Of a stretch of DNA of 64,000 bases, positions 12,226 through 26,227 are shown one piece after another (the stretch's first letter is position 1; every line of letters starts with the position of its first letter). The notes beneath the pieces were generated by a model, which ran no database searches, was not told the DNA's origin, and saw only the letters and a program-made list of their open reading frames with translations. The stretch is from Lama glama (taxonomy: Eukaryota). Made by a program: the position numbers and the translations under genes. The stretch spans positions 48,424,001 to 48,488,000 of the forward strand of contig CM052817.1 in the NCBI GenBank assembly GCA_028534125.1, in the 5' to 3' direction.

Positions 12226-14299
12226 AAGCTCACTAAAGGTACTGGCAGATGAAAAGTTAGAAGCTACAGCCTGATACAACTGATTCTCTCAGTTATCTAC
12301 ACACAAACCTGTTAGGTACCTTCTCAGAGGAAGTACTCTCGACCCTCCCCTACAGAATTAACCATGCTCTCCTCCAGGTACTGCTAACTCTGTACAGTCT
12401 CCTATCATCATATTGCCAAACTAACTCATCTGTCTCCCCTATTAACGTGTGCAGTTTAGGAGCCAGTCCTATTCATGTCTTATTTGTGTGGGTATTTTTT
12501 CAGAAGCTATTTTGTAATGCTTAAAATAAGTGATCAAAAATTCTTGATCTTTTTAGAAGTTGCTATTCCTTGATGTTTAGGAAAGTTTATTCAATAAGGC
12601 TCTTTCAACTATCTTAGATGTTGATTCATCACTATGGGTATGAACAGGATTAACTCTAAGAATTGACGCAATGACCTAGAGTTGAAGTACTGTGTCATCC
12701 CAGTGTTTTGCTCACCTAAAGGATCATTATAGTTGAAAAAGCTGTGTTGTCCAATGGGGGAAAATAAGCAGCAAGTGCAAATAATAGGCAGTAGTAAACT
12801 ACTTGTTCCTCCTCCGTAAAAGCTGAGCTACTCATTTAGCTAATGGGATCTCTAAAACTTCATGAAGTGAAGTGGAAGTATGCCCTTGCATCAAACACCC
12901 ACTTTATTTTTAAGTTTTACTTTTAAAAATTAAGGGAGATTTTGGTGTGATGAAAATATTCTGGGACTTGAAAGGGGTGTGGATTACACAAGGGTACACA
13001 TTTGTCTAAATAATCAAACTATAAATTTAAGACCTGAGCATTTTCACTATTTGTAAATCATACTTCAATAAAACAAAAATAAAAATAAACTTAAAGCAAT
13101 GAACTTGAGCCTACTCATACATATCTCTGAGCTACATAATAGGGAAATACCTCCCATAATGTTCCTAAATATTTATACAATAATTTTTTTTACTGACATT
13201 TTTGCCTCTAGTTCTTAATCTAGTTTGAGCCTCTGATAATATGAAAGACATTATGAGACTTCTCTCATAGAAACATAATATTTTGCACACATAAAATCAA
13301 GGAGGTGCTAAAACCTGTTCATAAACCCAGAAAAAAGAACTCCTGCCCTAGTCTGTCTCATTTCTCTCAGGCTATCGGGAGAACATTCATTTTCTCCTGA
13401 AACCTTCTAAGACTCTAACTTATTTTCTAGTCCTTTAGATGTATTCTGAATAAAACCAAGCAGACGTTTAAGATAAGTCTTTTACTCAATGAAAAAAAAA
13501 TCTACAGTCTATATTCTATGGTTTATTCTTTTTCTATTCAATAGTGACTCTAACAGAAAGCTTTGCTCATATTTGTAAAACAATTTATACTAAAGTTCAA
13601 AATCACAGCATTTATGCAAAATTCAATGCATTAAATTAATATTCGTAAGAAAATAAAGAAGCCCATGTTGATGTCTACAAAAACTGATTAAGTGTCCTGG
13701 GAAATGGGAAAAGCCTTTATTTCTTTTAAGGACTGGAACTAGAGGAAGATATTGGAAACATGAACACAGAAGTTATAAATAATTTTTCTCCTATAAGTCT
13801 GATGTCAAATGCAGCTGACTGGTTTTTGCTTGCTGCTTTGTTTTATTTTGTTTTTTTTTTAATAAAACCAAACATCATTCTTGATTTGGAGATAAATTTT
13901 AACCAATGGATAATTAAAGTCAAAGACATTAAAGTTTAAATGAGATTTGCTAAAGCATACTTTAGAAGTATAACATGAATAATCTGGAATATCAGTGAAG
14001 ACTAATAATAAATAATAAATAAATAAAAGGTAGCTCCTCACAACTCAAATTTAGATTAATCCTTTTTTTTTTTTTTTTTTGGTTAAAGTGAGTTATGCAA
14101 CGCAGTTAGAAAAAGGACTTTTAGACTCACTACCTACTAATACATTGCAATAACAAAGAACTCAAAAAACATTAAGTAGTTTAACACAATAACATAATTT
14201 CCTTTCATTTAGAGATAGCATACAACTGTGGATGATTAGCAGAGAACATGGCAATAAAATGGATCAGTACCCATAAGAAGACTATCTTGAAGAACAATG

Positions 14300-15280
14300 G
14301 TTAAAGTTGGTGGGCTGAAAATACACATAGTTTCCACTCCATATTCAAAGTGATAATAAAGTGAATTTTCAAAATAATCAATCCCATAAGGACAAAAAAA
14401 GAGTGAAAGAGGAAACAACAACAAAATTTTAGGAACTAGAAAGCAGATGAATAAATAACCGAATTAACATACCTAAAACTCTAACCCTAAACTTAAAAGC
14501 AACTCAATTTAAGCCACAGATCCCATAAAAGGCTCAGGAATTAGTATAAGCAGGTTATTCTGAAAGTAGGAGTGAAGATGGAACAAGACTTTCACAGTTC
14601 ATTTAAGGAGTTACACACTCAGGACCCCCTCTGCAATCTATACAGTGGACTTCTATACTACCCTCATCCTGAGAAAAGACTAGAAGCTAAAAGTTTATTC
14701 TATGGGAGGGTACAGCTTAGTGGTAGAGTATGTGCCTAGCATGCACAAGGTCCTGGGTTCAGTACCCAGTGGCTCCATTAAAGATAAATAAATAAAAACC
14801 TAATTACCCCCCCAAATTAATTAATTAACTTTAAAAAAAAACGTACTGAGTACACGGAAAATAAAACAAAAAATTTCCAGAAACAGCATAAAGATGTCCA
14901 AGAAAGGAGAAATAAAATTACAGGGTATACTTGGCTCAACTATCAACAGAGTTTATATAGTACTAATTATAATGAGAAGCTGGTAGGATATGAAGTATGT
15001 ATATATATATGGTATGGGGAGGGGGGAGTGACATCCTCTCCTTCCATAAGAATTCAATAGTTAATGCCTAGAAATGAAAAATTAATATGTAACGATATAA
15101 ATAAGTTAGAGATAAGAAATTAAAAGTGAAAATAATCAGGTAAGAGTTCAAGTATCTGTATCTAGAAGCAGAAAAAGGAGGGGTTGTTTTTATGACGAGT
15201 CTTACAGAACCATTTGATGCTAAATTAAATCATGTACATGATAATACTGACAAAAAATTAAAACTAAATTTTAAAAAATT
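14300..15280 (+). mobile_element. Ancient L1/HAL1-like remnant (host of the SINE)
   Basis: 'acaacaacaaaattttaggaactagaaagcagatg' and 'ataaaattacagggtatacttggctca' resemble old L1M/HAL1 consensus segments. Confidence 0.45.
14704..14841 (+). mobile_element. tRNA-derived SINE, camelid Vic-1 type
   Basis: GGGAGGGTACAGCTTAGTGGTAGAGT (A box)...GGTCCTGGGTTCAGTACCCAG (B box), then 'aaataaataaaaacctaattaccccccc' and an A-tail. Confidence 0.85.
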
Positions 15281-16015
15281 TGAAATCTTAAAGTCTGAAC
15301 ACTTATCAAAACATGGCAATAAAATAGGTTATGTACAGAAATGTTAATAAACTTGGTCTATCTCTAAAATCTAAGCATACTGCACAATAATGTATGTATG
15401 ACCCCAGCATATTTACAATAGACTATAGACAAGTAAGCCAAAATCACCTCTATGTATGCAGACTTCTCCTCCATTAGGTTTATTAGCTGGTGGCTACTGC
15501 CATCATCCTTAGCTCTACTGTCAAAAATTGTTTCAAAAACATTCATTCATCTTAGAAACTTTGCCAGATTCAATCAATTTGATATGCCAATGGCCCCTGA
15601 GGAAACCAAAAGCCATCAGTTAGATACACATCAAGCTGCAATTTGTAAAAGCAGCACAGGGTAGTGGAAAGTGACTGCTGACTGAACCTACGGCCCTGGA
15701 ATCAGAGAGCACTTCCCCACTTAGTAAGAGACCTTGACTACTTAGCCTCTCTGGAGCCTTATTTCCCTCATCTAAAAATGAAGAAAGCATTGTGCTGCAG
15801 AGTTGTTTCAAACATTGGAAACCAGTAAGTAAAATAATGCAATGCCTGGCACAAAGATCAATGAAAGCCATGTACTATTATTATTTCACTCAAGCATTAT
15901 CTTCTCCATATGGAATAGTAGAAATCTTGTCTGTGCAATTAGGCATTCCTGGTTTAGAATCCCTAATTCGCCTTATACTAGTTAGGTGACCTTAGGTAAG
16001 CTAATTTATCGCTCT

Positions 16016-16557
16016 TGAAAATGACTTTTCCCCCTTTTGCCTCTTTTCTGTTCCCCTATAACCTCAAAAGAACCTAATAATAGGAATGAGATCACTAGGC
16101 AACTTAAAATAACTCCAGATTTATGCTCTCCTGAATGTACACATCTTGCCTAACCTGTTGATTCTTTTCCTAGATGAAAAGAAGAATGAAGAATGAAGTA
16201 AAGAATGATTAGCCCTCTACCCCCAACAGCTCTCTCAGCAATCCTGCAGGCAGATCACGTGGCAAGATAACATCTGAAGAGAGAGTCAGCCAGTCTGCAA
16301 AGCAATAGAGAAAGATGTAGAAACCAACCTCTTGTCTCAATGATTCACTGAGATTCTTTACCCACCCTACTCCCGACCTTTTCCCTTGAAAAACTGTCAT
16401 GGCTGAGCAGAATCTTCAGAGTTGATCTCTGGACGTGAGTCCACCTTCTCCCCAGATTGCTGGATTTTCTGATTAAAGCACCTTCCCTTTCTATGGACAC
16501 TTGCCTCTTGTTCATTGGCTTTTGAGTGGCAAGCAGCCAAATCTCAGTTCAGTAACA
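16016..16557 (+). mobile_element. ERV1-class solo LTR inserted in a MIR
   Basis: TG...CA ends (tgaaa...gtaaca), ATTAAA signal near 16472, U5-like 'tcattggcttttgagtggcaagcagcc', 4-bp flanks ctct/cttt, MIR halves on either side. Confidence 0.75.
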
Positions 16558-17221
16558 CTTTGAATGCAAAAAAAGAGAAATTGTATCACCTACCATGTAG
16601 GATGGTTCTGAAACCAAATAATATGTACAGAAATATAAAGCACCACCCAGTGCAGAGTTAGTGCTCAATAATTGTTATCAGTTAAAAATATCTGTACCAT
16701 CTCTTTATCCTTTGTAGTGAAGAAATAAGCTACATTATATCTAATTTTGTACTTTTTAAATAAGCAACTGTAAAAAGTGGGAAGTCATGTCATGTCAAAA
16801 AATACAACTAAAATAGTAAGACACTTGGAATTCTTAGTATAATTGAGATTAGTGTCATTAGAATTTGTTTATGTAATTGACTAAGTATAGCCTTGGAAAA
16901 ATCAAAGATCTCAGGATCTCAACTGGTTCATCTAAAAATAAAGAGGCTGGAACAAAATCATTTCCATTCCTAAAAATCACTAAATGTAAATTATTTATCC
17001 AGAGATTTGATCTCATCCCACAAATTGCCATAAACCTTTCAAACACCATTAGGAAGAAACACTGAATGTTGTCAAATATAAAACTGTCCTTTTAGAAATA
17101 AGAAAATGAGGCACAAAAGGACCATGATTTTGCCCAACTTACATACTGCAGATCACAAGAATAACTGAATTCTTCATAAAGGAACTGAGGGAAAATATTT
17201 CTTTTATTCAAGATTGTTTCA

Positions 17222-17272
17222 CACAACACTGTAAAATGATTATGAATCAATAAAAATGTTAAAAAAAAAAAA
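17222..17272 (+). mobile_element. Ultra-short L1 3' tail with TSD
   Basis: cacaacactgtaaaatgattatgaatcaataaaaatgtt(A)n; perfect TSD aagattgtttca at 17210-17221 and 17273-17284. Confidence 0.85.
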
Positions 17273-18279
17273 AAGATTGTTTCATTCTCCCTTTCTGTTC
17301 AGAAGCAAGGATTTCCATCCTTCAGATCACTAACAGCTTCAGCATGAGCATACGGTACCCAAGTACAGGACAATCATGAGTCCTCCAAACAAAGGCTAAA
17401 AACAAGAATGGTTCATGGTTACCAGTGCGATGTTAGAAAGGTCCCTGTGAAAACAATACACAGATGCAGCCAAACCTGGGAACACAAGGCAGAGAAAGGG
17501 CTGTATAAAACTCCAGGAAAGGTATAATTTTTCAAAAGCCCCTTTAATCCTAATATAGCCAACTGCAAAAGTGACATTTTACATTATCTGGGATTCAGCA
17601 AAGCTCCCCATTTCTTGGAAACGGCTTCAGCTGTGGCCATTTAAAACTAAGAGAATAACAGGAGTAAAAGCCATCAAACAGGAAAAAACAAAAGAGAAAA
17701 AAATGCATAAAACATAATGCAAAAATCTTCCCCTCTTCTCCCCAGCTTCTTTTTGAACTATGTAAAATGTAAACATCAGAACTGTTGTTAAAAAAGGGAC
17801 AAATTCATTAAGGCTAGCAGGTTTTCTCACACATACAATTATGCAAAGTATTTACTGATAAAATGATAGTGTTCTGAATTGTCGTAACATATAACTTACT
17901 CACACTCATAACAGTTTGACCTGTAAGTGCTCAGAAACAATAAGCGTATCATAAAGGCATATTCTTCAGATTAACTAGCAACTGGACACTACCATTCACT
18001 TATAGTTTGGGAGAAAGACTTTCCACTCTGAACTTACCCAGAAAGAAAAACCCTGGCAGAGCTCTCTATCAGACCCCATGAGAAAAGCAACATATGCATC
18101 AAGAGTAGTAAGTGAAAAGCAGTTTTTAGATCTACCTCCAGAATCTATAGGTCATTTTTACAGCTTTAAGTATGCCATCTGCCTTCCAAACACGTTTATT
18201 ACTTGCATTAAATTATCAGCTTCTTACATTTGCATTAAAATATATGGAAGATAACTAAGAAACAAGAAATCCAATTGGA

Positions 18280-18335
18280 ATTTGACACAACATTGTAAAA
18301 TGATTATAAATCAATAAAAAATGTTAAAAAAAAAA
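18280..18335 (+). mobile_element. Ultra-short L1 3' tail with TSD
   Basis: atttgacacaacattgtaaaatgattataaatcaataaaaaatgtt(A)n; perfect TSD aagaaatccaattgga at 18264-18279 and 18336-18351. Confidence 0.88.
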
Positions 18336-21194
18336 AAGAAATCCAATTGGAGTTAAAGATTTCATTTTGTAAAATCCACCTTTACAGGTGATCCATGCTT
18401 ATCTTGGAGAAAAGTAGTATTTTCCTAGCAAGATTTTAAAATTATGTTCTACCATTACTTTTCACATGACTATTAATTTTTAAATTTCACTTATTAAAAA
18501 AGGCTTACATTCTAAATGTTAACAGAAGAGGCATTTATTTTCCCCTTTTAAAATAATGGAGAGAAAAGGTTAATGGCATTAAGAGCAAGCACCCTAACCA
18601 TGCTGTTAGAAATAAAGAGGACAAATTCTTTGGAAGAATCTTTACTATTAACTTCTTTATTTGGTTATATCTGAATATATATAAATATAAAAAGCCCAAG
18701 AAGCCAAGAAACCCTCATGATTATTATTCTTAGTGCACAATGGTGGTGGGGACGCAGGGATATGAGCACTTTATCCACTACTACTGAACACAATTTACAG
18801 TGGCAGGTAGGGAACGTGCCGGCATATGTCAATCTTTGAAAGAAGGGTAAGACAACAATGTCTCTACAAAACTGCAAGATAAAGATCCAAAAAAAAAGTG
18901 TTTCAAGTCTTTCTGTGCACATTAGTCATCTATTTCTATTTTCTCAGAAGTCTTTGGAAGGGCAAAATTAGAGCAGAATGAAGGGACTCACTCGTACTTC
19001 CACCTACCACCATGAAAATACTTGAAAATGTCATTGATATGTTAAAAAAAGGTTTTGCTACCAATATATAACAGGCACTATGCTAGATGGTAGAGATTTA
19101 AAAATAGTTTTTGAAACTGCTGCGTCTTCAAAGAGGTCACATACTCTGATGAGGAAGAAAGGCTTGAAAACTGACAAGTACAGTATCTTTTGCCACAGGC
19201 TAAAATAAGGACTACGGAGGACACTGAAATGATATCTAACAAATTGGGAAGAGGGCACAAGTCAGGGAAAAAGAGTTGGCTCCAGAACTAAGAAATGAGA
19301 GTAGGATGGAGAAGGCAGTCCAACCAGAACAACAGGAATAGCATTTACAAAGGCAGCGTGGGAGAAATGCATGTTGAATGAAATGCAAATAAAATGGCTA
19401 AGCTCTGTACAGGAGAACAGGGCGGAAGGAGCAGATGAGGCTGGAGTGGTAGGCAAACACCATATCACTAGGGGCCCTCAATGCCTTGGGACTTTGCCAG
19501 CCACTTCCAGCCCATTCCCATCTCTACCTGAAAAGCCCATGGTCACTGCAGGAAGACAGAGGGCCAAAGAAAGGAGTCCAGCCACCTCCTTTCCTTATTA
19601 AAAAAGCGATGCTGGAGTGGAGCAATAGAGACAGCAGCGCCAAAATCAAGCAGAGCAGGCCTCCAAATCCACCCAAACAGAAACAGCCTTTGCCAAAAAA
19701 TACAGAAGCACATATCTGCAAAATTCCTGCTATTCTGAATACATGAACATACCAGACATATCCTATAACTTTCATAAATACCGAATGCAACCATTTCACA
19801 CCTACACCCAAAGAAGTTTGTATACTCAATGCAACATCAATCATCTTTAACCTTCATCAGCCATGGACTTAAAACCAATGAGTTGAACACAACTGTTGAA
19901 GAGCACATTCATGTAACAGGCTGGTCTCCAATTTTTGGTATGGTTTGGCTCTAACTATAATCTGAAAAAAATGTTTTAATTTCAGTTTTTGATAACTTGC
20001 CATTTCCCAAATTAAAAATTGACAAGGTTAACAAAGGAACGATTAAAAAGTTGAACAGTCTGACAGATAAGACATGTTTGGGAGTCCTTAACAATAGAGT
20101 GGAGACATAAGCATCAGTCCTCAAAACAATGCTGTGCTCCGGTTGACAGACTTCAATTTTGACAAATTGGTTTGTTGTTCGCTGACTCAAAAGTGCAATT
20201 GCTAAGACCTGAAAGTAAGAGAACCAGCTGAACATTTGGCAGGGTGTGGGGAAGGGTTAGAGAGAATGCAACCAGGCGTATGTGAGGAAAACCTATAACC
20301 AACAGGGAGTTTTTAAACAAAGAGTTATTTCAGTAGTTAAGTCTACGCTGCAGGGCACCAGCAAACAGATTCTCTAAAGAGAAGGTCATGCCGCTGCCCA
20401 TCTGTCTGGAACATGATCTGAGCCCGAGATACCAGAAAAGCTGCCATAAAAGACTTTTATCCCTACTGCTTCCACTTTATATTTTCACCAAATACTGTAC
20501 AGAAAGTATTTACATTAAACCATTAACTATTTCTACAAAGAAACATAAATATTAATACTCAATACTGCAACGACTGAACTATTCCCATCAAATTTCAGCT
20601 TGAGAACAACAAAAGAACTCCGACAGATAAAACAGCAGTAGCAGTAAAAGAAGACTCAAACTTTTCATTACAAATAACAACAACAAGGCTACTTGGCTAT
20701 GAGGTACTTAGACTATAACCCAGATAATGTTTACCTTCAAACTCCTGCTTTTAAGTCCTAACCTCAGAAAATCAAAGTAGCACTAATACATATGATAATA
20801 AACCAACAGAAACTGGCTATAATTTATTAATCGGAAATAAGTATGTTTATAAAAAATAATAACAGCAACAAGCAACCATCACACTTAAGATACTGACAAT
20901 GAACTAGACATCACTGTTGCACATAACTACAATTTACTGAGCTAGGCCTTTTACGTTCAGTATCCCTAATCCTCCCCACATCTCTGAGGCACTGGTCCTA
21001 AAACAGGATTCATGGCAGGAAAAACTAGATTACTATCACCCTCATACCATACACAGTGGAGTTTCAGAATGCTTTCATCTTTAATATGGCCAAAGCAGGG
21101 GCTCACACATGCTCAGGAGAGGAGTAATGGTGGCTGATGACAGCTGCAGCCCAAGCCACAAGGGAAGGTGGTCAGGTTAGGAGAATAGGTATAT

Positions 21195-22432
21195 ATAGAG
21201 GTCTCAACTAAAAGTATATTGAGGATATTGGAGCCAGGTTCTCACCAACAAAGAAGGAAGTGAAAAACACGTAAAGGGATAAGTCTACAATGAAACTTGT
21301 GCTCAGAATTGCAGGTATTAGTGTGAACTCATTCAATATATATGGATAGATACAGAAAAAATAAATGGATGTAAATATGTGTGTGTATGTATTTTCTAGC
21401 ATTGTCCAATGAGAGGGCCTGGGAGTAGCAAAACATCTGTACTAATGAGCACATATGCTGCAAAATTCTGGTTTCCAAATACTGTTCTCCACTGGCCAAA
21501 ACCAAGACCCTTAGAGAAACAGCCAGTTCCAGGACTGGGACAGAGAAAGTGTAAGATAAACCTGGAACATCTGGTTGTGCCAGAAAGTAAGGAAATGCTC
21601 AGAGAAAGACAGGATCAAATCAAAGAGACACCAAAGCTAGACTGAACAGGGCTCCCACAAGCCAAAACCAAGACAATTTGAGCACCAAAATAAATAATGG
21701 TAGTTACAGATTATAACTCATTAAATAAAATAGGCCCACAGTAACATTAAAAGAATAAATAAATGGGAAGAATAAGTGCTCCCTTACAGTAAAAATGTCA
21801 AATAAATGTAAAGGCAATGATAGAATTAGAGCATTGCAAGCATCACATTAATAATATAGAGAAGAAACGTCAATGGACACTAAAACTGGTAGGTGAAAAT
21901 GGAATAAGGAATGGGATGGTTATACAGCCTCAAAATACCTCCTGACAAAATATCAATTACAAAGAGGAAAAATATATATAATAACTTTACAATGGGGAAT
22001 CTCTGTAAACAAAGAAATCACTTCCAATAATGGACACACACACACACACTATATTCACCTGATATGATGATGTAAGAAAAGCATTCACCACTTCTGTGAT
22101 ATTTCTGCCCCAAATGCATACCCAGGTCAACCACAAGGAAATACCAGACAAATTCAAACTGAGGGATGTTCTACAAAATGATTGGCCTATAATCCTCAAA
22201 AATGTAAAAATCCTGAAAGTCAAGGAAAAACTAAGGAAACATTTCCATTTAAAGAAGGCTGCACACACAAAACGGTGTAATACATGATTCATGACTGGTT
22301 CCTTTTGCTGAGGATGACAGTATTACAGAAGCTAATGAAACTAAATACGTTCTCTGGATAAGGAATATATAAGAGTTCTTTGTGCTATTCTTTCCTAAAA
22401 ACTTGAAAATGTTTCAAAATAAAATTTAAAAA
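21195..22432 (+). mobile_element. Old L1 (L1MC/L1MD-like) 3'UTR
   Basis: 'ctggaacatctggttgtgccagaaagtaaggaaatgctca' and 'ccagacaaattcaaactgagggatgttctacaaaat'. Confidence 0.8.
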
Positions 22433-24945
22433 TCACTTCTGCAAATGAACAGGTTTCAGAGCTACACTTTTAATTAAACATACTGTAAAAGATGGCCTTA
22501 AGTTAGTTAACTGATATAAAACAAAAATAGAAGTTACACTCTGACACTAATACAATGTTATAGGTCAATTATATCTCAATCTTAAAAAAAAAAACGGAAA
22601 TGTTGAAAGAAAGGAGATTTTAAAAGTTCTCTTTAGGACTTAATTTAACGTTTCTAACAGGTATCATTTTTCTCATATTTTTCAAGAAGTAACAAGTATT
22701 CTGCTTCAATATTGATCAAGTATCAATTATATCTGATCTGCATCAAATACACAATTGAAGAGAAGTACTACATGTGATTTCATATATCAAAAACTCCAAA
22801 GGTACAAAAATTCTTCAACTACATCAAGGAAAAAAGTCATTAATGGTAAAAGTAATCACACAGTAATTATTTTGCACTCAGAAATATAAAACAAAAGCAA
22901 GCCTGTATCAGATGGTAAAAGTAAACTAAGGCCAGCCAAGTATTTGCAATTTCCAAAACTACAGTTCTGAAAAGATGACCATACTTACTTCCATTCCTTC
23001 TCCCCACCAAAAAGCATAACATATTAAATCAGGTTGTCAGATAACACAACTGTTAAGATAATACTTGGTCAACAGCCATTCAAAGTGATGGTTCAGAGTA
23101 TATTTACTGACATAAATTTATCGACTTAAAAAATTCACAAGTGAAAAGCCTGGTCTATGTATAGAAGGGACCCATTTGTATGTTTTAAAATATGTACAAA
23201 CAAAATGTGACAGAAAAGATTAGGAAGTAATATCACAAAATACAACAATTATCTCTGGAGATGTGATTATGAGTAATTTTTATTTTCTTTTCTTATCAGT
23301 ATTTCATCATTACTCCACATGTGCATGACACCAAAAATGAAAGTATTACTTAAATATAAAGGTTTCTATTTTCTCTTCCACCATTATATTCTTGGTTACC
23401 CTTATAAAATTGTCCTAGCAGTATGAGGACTATTTTAATATAGTTAATATCTGGTAACAAAAGACTTCTCTTAAATACAAGGTCTATCGGAATACCACCT
23501 TTTAATATCATTTTATCAATTATAGATAAGGCAATATGAGGCAGGTTCTTTGGATCTAGACTGCCAGGATTCATATCTCAGCTACCCTACTGACTGGATA
23601 CATAATTTTGAGCAAATTATTTAACCAGTTCTTTGTCAGTTTCTAAGTAGAAAAGTTTGCCAGTTTCTTCATCTGTAAAAATGGTATTCCTACTAGTTAT
23701 TAAACTGAGTTACTGATTTAAAGCATTTAGTGCCTGGCACAGAGTAAACGCTTAGCAAGCTATTTCTACTATTACTATTTTTATTATTAAGTTCTTTTAC
23801 AGGTGAGGATACTGAAGCACTAAAACCAGGTCATCTGCATGAAAACAAAGATGCTGGGATGGGGGGGGGAGGGCACTGGGGAGCAGGGTTTGAAGGAGAG
23901 AAGAGAGAAGTACAAGAGGGAGAGAGACAGAAAGAGACACATGAACACAGCGAAAACCCTGGGTCTTCTTTCCTAAACTGCTATTCTTTTGAAAACACAA
24001 ATGGAAGTTATCTGGCGTAAGGCTCAATAAATAGTTCCTTCCTTTCTTCCTTCCTTTCCTAACCTTCTCTTTGTTTCTTTCCATACAGAAATAGACCTGG
24101 TTTATACTCAGTCACATTCCTAAACCACCTTTCCTACAGACTTCCATTTTAAAGTTAACTATACTTGTTTTAATTCTGTTCCAACTAAGTAGCCTTACAT
24201 TAGGAAATTATACCTTGGTCTTTTCCAAGTCAAATGTTTCTGTGGAATTCCATCACTCAGAAAAGATCTGCAATCTAAAAATGCTAGAAACTTAGATAAC
24301 ACTCAATAAATCTTTGGAGTGATTGTTAAGAACTCACTCAGATCCTAAATTTCTCTGAATTTCATATGCATAAAATGTCAGAAGAAAAACTGTACATCAA
24401 GAGACCTGTGTTTCAATTCTACCCAGACCATTGATTAGGCCACTAACCTGAAGTTCATGATTTTGCCAATTTAGCAAAAAAGAGGGGAGTAAGCTGTATT
24501 ACTGACAGATCCTATCTAGCTACCAAATTCTACAGCATCTTGAACAAATCTGAAAATGGCCAATTCACAGGCAATTTCATGCCGCTATGACATTTCCTCT
24601 GACTGAAATCTCTCATGCCCTCTTACCCTTTCAGAGAACTCTTGTTACATCTTTCATTAACTATCCATCACTTCTTCAATGAGACCCTCCTCCTGCTCAA
24701 ACGGAACAAACAGCTTTGTATTCTTTGGACCCCAGTGCTTGTATAGCATCTACTATAGATGACTATTTATAAACTGTCCGCCATTTCTGGAGTCTCACAT
24801 CTTGCACAATGCCTAGCACATAAGAGGTGCTAAGGATGTGTTTAAAGATTTGAGTCTACGAAGTTAAATTAGGTTCCTGTAAAGTTTTTGCATGCACCAC
24901 CTGGGAGTTAAGCTTAATTTCAAGATACACATAGACCAATTTGCA

Positions 24946-26227
24946 GCACAACCAAAGCTTTGTCCCTGTCAGATTTACATGTGCAGTGCAAATTTATTCT
25001 GAGCCATTTGTACAAAAGTGACACAAAGGTATCACTGCTATAGATTATCTAAACACTCTGAATATTACCTAGCTACCTCACCTTCTTATCCAAAACCTCT
25101 TAATCCTACTCTACTTTGTTCCATGGCACTTATCGACCTCCTACCATACTATATAATGTACTGATGTTCAGTGTTTAATGGTCATTTACCAGAACATAAG
25201 TTCCACTAATGCAGGAATTTTTGTCTGTTTTGTTCATAAATGATACTCAGTGCCTACGTCAGTGCCTGCAAAATGATTTTTTTTAATCAATCTTTCCTTC
25301 TTTCTTAAAGTCCTCAAGAGTTATGAGTCATCACCTNNNNNNNNNNNNNNNNNNNNNNNNNNNNNNNNNNNNNNNNNNNNNNNNNNNNNNNNNNNNNNNN
25401 NNNNNNNNNNNNNNNNNNNNNNNNNNNNNNNNNNNNNNNNNNNNNNNNNNNNNNNNNNNNNNNNNNNNNNNNNNNNNNNNNNNNNNNNNNNNNNNNNNNN
25501 NNNNNNNNNNNNNNNNNNNNNNNNNNNNNNNNNNNNNNNNNNNNNNNNNNNNNNNNNNNNNNNNNNNNNNNNNNNNNNNNNNNNNNNNNNNNNNNNNNNN
25601 NNNNNNNNNNNNNNNNNNNNNNNNNNNNNNNNNNNNNNNNNNNNNNNNNNNNNNNNNNNNNNNNNNNNNNNNNNNNNNNNNNNNNNNNNNNNNNNNNNNN
25701 NNNNNNNNNNNNNNNNNNNNNNNNNNNNNNNNNNNNNNNNNNNNNNNNNNNNNNNNNNNNNNNNNNNNNNNNNNNNNNNNNNNNNNNNNNNNNNNNNNNN
25801 NNNNNNNNNNNNNNNNNNNNNNNNNNNNNNNNNNNNGCACAACCAAAGCTTTGTCCCTGTCAGATTTACATGTGCAGTGCAAATTTATTCTGAGCCATTT
25901 GTACAAAAGTGACACAAAGGTATCACTGCTATAGATTATCTAAACACTCTGAATATTACCTAGCTACCTCACCTTCTTATCCAAAACCTCTTAATCCTAC
26001 TCTACTTTGTTCCATGGCACTTATCGACCTCCTACAATACTATATAATGTACTGATGTTCAGTGTTTAATGGTCATTTACCAGAACATAAGTTCCACTAA
26101 TGCAGGAATTTTTGTCTGTTTTGTTCATAAATGATACTCAGTGCCTACGTCAGTGCCTGCAAAATGATTTTTTTTAATCAATCTTTCCTTCTTTCTTAAA
26201 GTCCTCAAGAGTTATGAGTCATCACCT
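24946..26227. repeat. 391-bp direct duplication flanking the gap (24946-25336 = 25837-26227), likely an assembly artefact
   Basis: The copies abut the gap edges exactly and differ at one base that I could see (C25145 vs A26036). Confidence 0.92.
25337..25836. other. Assembly gap (500 N)
   Basis: Run of exactly 500 N. Confidence 1.

Noticed and set aside
14704..14775. tRNA-like sequence
   Set aside because: Degenerate stems followed by a SINE body and A-tail, so a SINE head rather than a tRNA gene.
19371..20235. Cluster of 66-106 aa ORFs in unique-looking intronic DNA
   Set aside because: No protein similarity I recognise, no poly(A)/TSD of a retrocopy and no clear splice pattern. It may be regulatory, but I cannot support a call.
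25321..25934. Three long ORFs in the track
   Set aside because: They are translations of the N gap.
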